Below, piece after piece: positions 62,930 through 64,000 of a DNA stretch of 64,000 bases; position 1 is the first letter of the stretch; every line of letters starts with the position of its first letter. The position numbers and the translations under genes are program-made. The DNA is taken from NCBI GenBank assembly GCA_002390285.1, contig DGPB01000009.1:89454-153453 (forward strand), given 5' to 3'. The stretch is from Cellvibrionales bacterium UBA4451. GTDB lineage: Bacteria; Pseudomonadota; Gammaproteobacteria; Pseudomonadales; Porticoccaceae. The notes beneath the pieces are model-generated. The model saw only the letters and a program-made list of their open reading frames with translations, searched no databases and had not been told where the DNA came from.

Positions 62930-64000
62930 TTAACTATCGCGCAATTCCCGGCGTAATACTTTACCCACATTGGACAGGGGTAACTCATCACGGAACTCAA
63001 TGTGTTTAGGCCATTTATAACGAGCAAGTTTACTGCTGCAAAAAGCCCGAATATCGTCATCCGTCAAGGCAGCATTAGTACTAACCACAAATAATTTGAC
63101 CGCTTCCCCTGTGTGATCATCCGGAACCCCCACCACTGCACAGTAGGTAATATCGGGGTGTTTTGATATTACGCCTTCAATTTCATTGGGGTAGACGTTA
63201 AATCCGGAGACAATAATCATGTCTTTAAGTCGATCGTGAATATAGAGGAAACCATCGGCATCCACCGAGCCAATATCGCCCGTTTTCAACCAGCCATCTT
63301 CAGTGATAGTCTTGGCTGTTTCTTCTGGAAAGTGGAGGTATCCTTTCATGACCTGTGGCCCACGCACCCATATTTCACCGTGTTCATCGACCCCTTGCGC
63401 AATACCCTGTTCATCTGCGATGCGTAATTCAGTATCGGGCATGGCGATACCAACAGAACCCTTTTTTCCCGAATTAGGGGGACTAAAAGACACAATTGGT
63501 GATGCCTCAGTAAGACCATAGGCATCACTGATGGTACTGCCTGTTCTACTCGCCCAGTCCTCTGCAGGACCTGTTGCCAACGCAGCGCCACCGGACATCG
63601 TAATTTTTAATGTGGAAAAATCAATACTGTCGAAGTCCTTATGGTTTAAGAGCGCTACAAACAGCGTATTCAATCCGGAGAAAATAGTCGCCGGCCAGCG
63701 TCGCAGCAGTTTTACAAACCCATTAATGTTACGAGGATCAGCAATGAGCAGCGTGTGCGCCCCCATATAAATACCAATCGTGGCGACCAGAGCAAATGCA
63801 TAAATATGGTAGAGGGGCAATGGAGAAACCATACGCTCAGCGCCTCTCTCGGTTGAGGCTAATCGAAATAATTCCCAACCTTGTCGGGTGACACTCACTA
63901 GATTGCCATGACTAATAATAGCCGGTTTAGACACACCGGTTGTCCCTCCGGTGTACTGCAGTAGCGCCATATCATCGAGGCCCAATACAACCGGCTGATA
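62930..64000 (-). CDS. fadD: Long-chain fatty acid--CoA ligase (AMP-binding), 5' end outside window
   Basis: YTGGTTGVSK, AYGLTE, WLKTGDIG, DRLKDMIIVSGFNVYP; frame open to the window edge. Confidence 0.88.
   Translation of the reverse strand, partial: YQPVVLGLDDMALLQYTGGTTGVSKPAIISHGNLVSVTRQGWELFRLASTERGAERMVSPLPLYHIYAFALVATIGIYMGAHTLLIADPRNINGFVKLLRRWPATIFSGLNTLFVALLNHKDFDSIDFSTLKITMSGGAALATGPAEDWASRTGSTISDAYGLTEASPIVSFSPPNSGKKGSVGIAMPDTELRIADEQGIAQGVDEHGEIWVRGPQVMKGYLHFPEETAKTITEDGWLKTGDIGSVDADGFLYIHDRLKDMIIVSGFNVYPNEIEGVISKHPDITYCAVVGVPDDHTGEAVKLFVVSTNAALTDDDIRAFCSSKLARYKWPKHIEFRDELPLSNVGKVLRRELRDS

Overview
Chromosomal segment of a marine-type gammaproteobacterium. Gene order is Pseudomonadales/Cellvibrionales-like; that taxon is inferred, not verified. 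Most of the window is conserved housekeeping: bcp, mdh, folK with a pteridine reductase, prc-xthA, etfAB/ETF-QO, aroC-prmB, folE, sixA-gpsA, htpG, the gltA / sdhCDAB-sucAB-lpd-sucCD TCA cluster, gltX, dusA-tal, RssB/RssC-like genes, mlaA, hrpA and fadD. The accessory parts are more interesting. (1) A ~1.1 kb islet behind tRNA-Ala(GGC) holds two Rap1a/Tai-type orphan immunity genes and an unannotated 54-aa ORF. Each module's start octamer is complementary to the octamer after its own stop codon and is followed by an attC-like hairpin, as in integron gene cassettes; no integrase lies in the window. (2) A Lap-type adhesin system (LapD, LapG, T1SS) has a very short ~760-aa retention-module adhesin. 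It also contains a 1449-bp unit, bounded by near-identical 120-bp direct repeats inside lapG, that carries an alternative lapG 3' half and a dead second adhesin. (3) An EGKCG-repeat/DUF692/DUF2063 (HvfABC-type) RiPP metallophore cluster. (4) A porin with a near-consensus Pho box. (5) An ECF sigma/anti-sigma operon led by a His/Tyr/Arg-rich secreted protein. (6) Two otherwise intact genes each interrupted by a single in-frame TGA. No CRISPR array, rRNA, transposase or integrase was seen. All counts were done by hand and no database searches were run.
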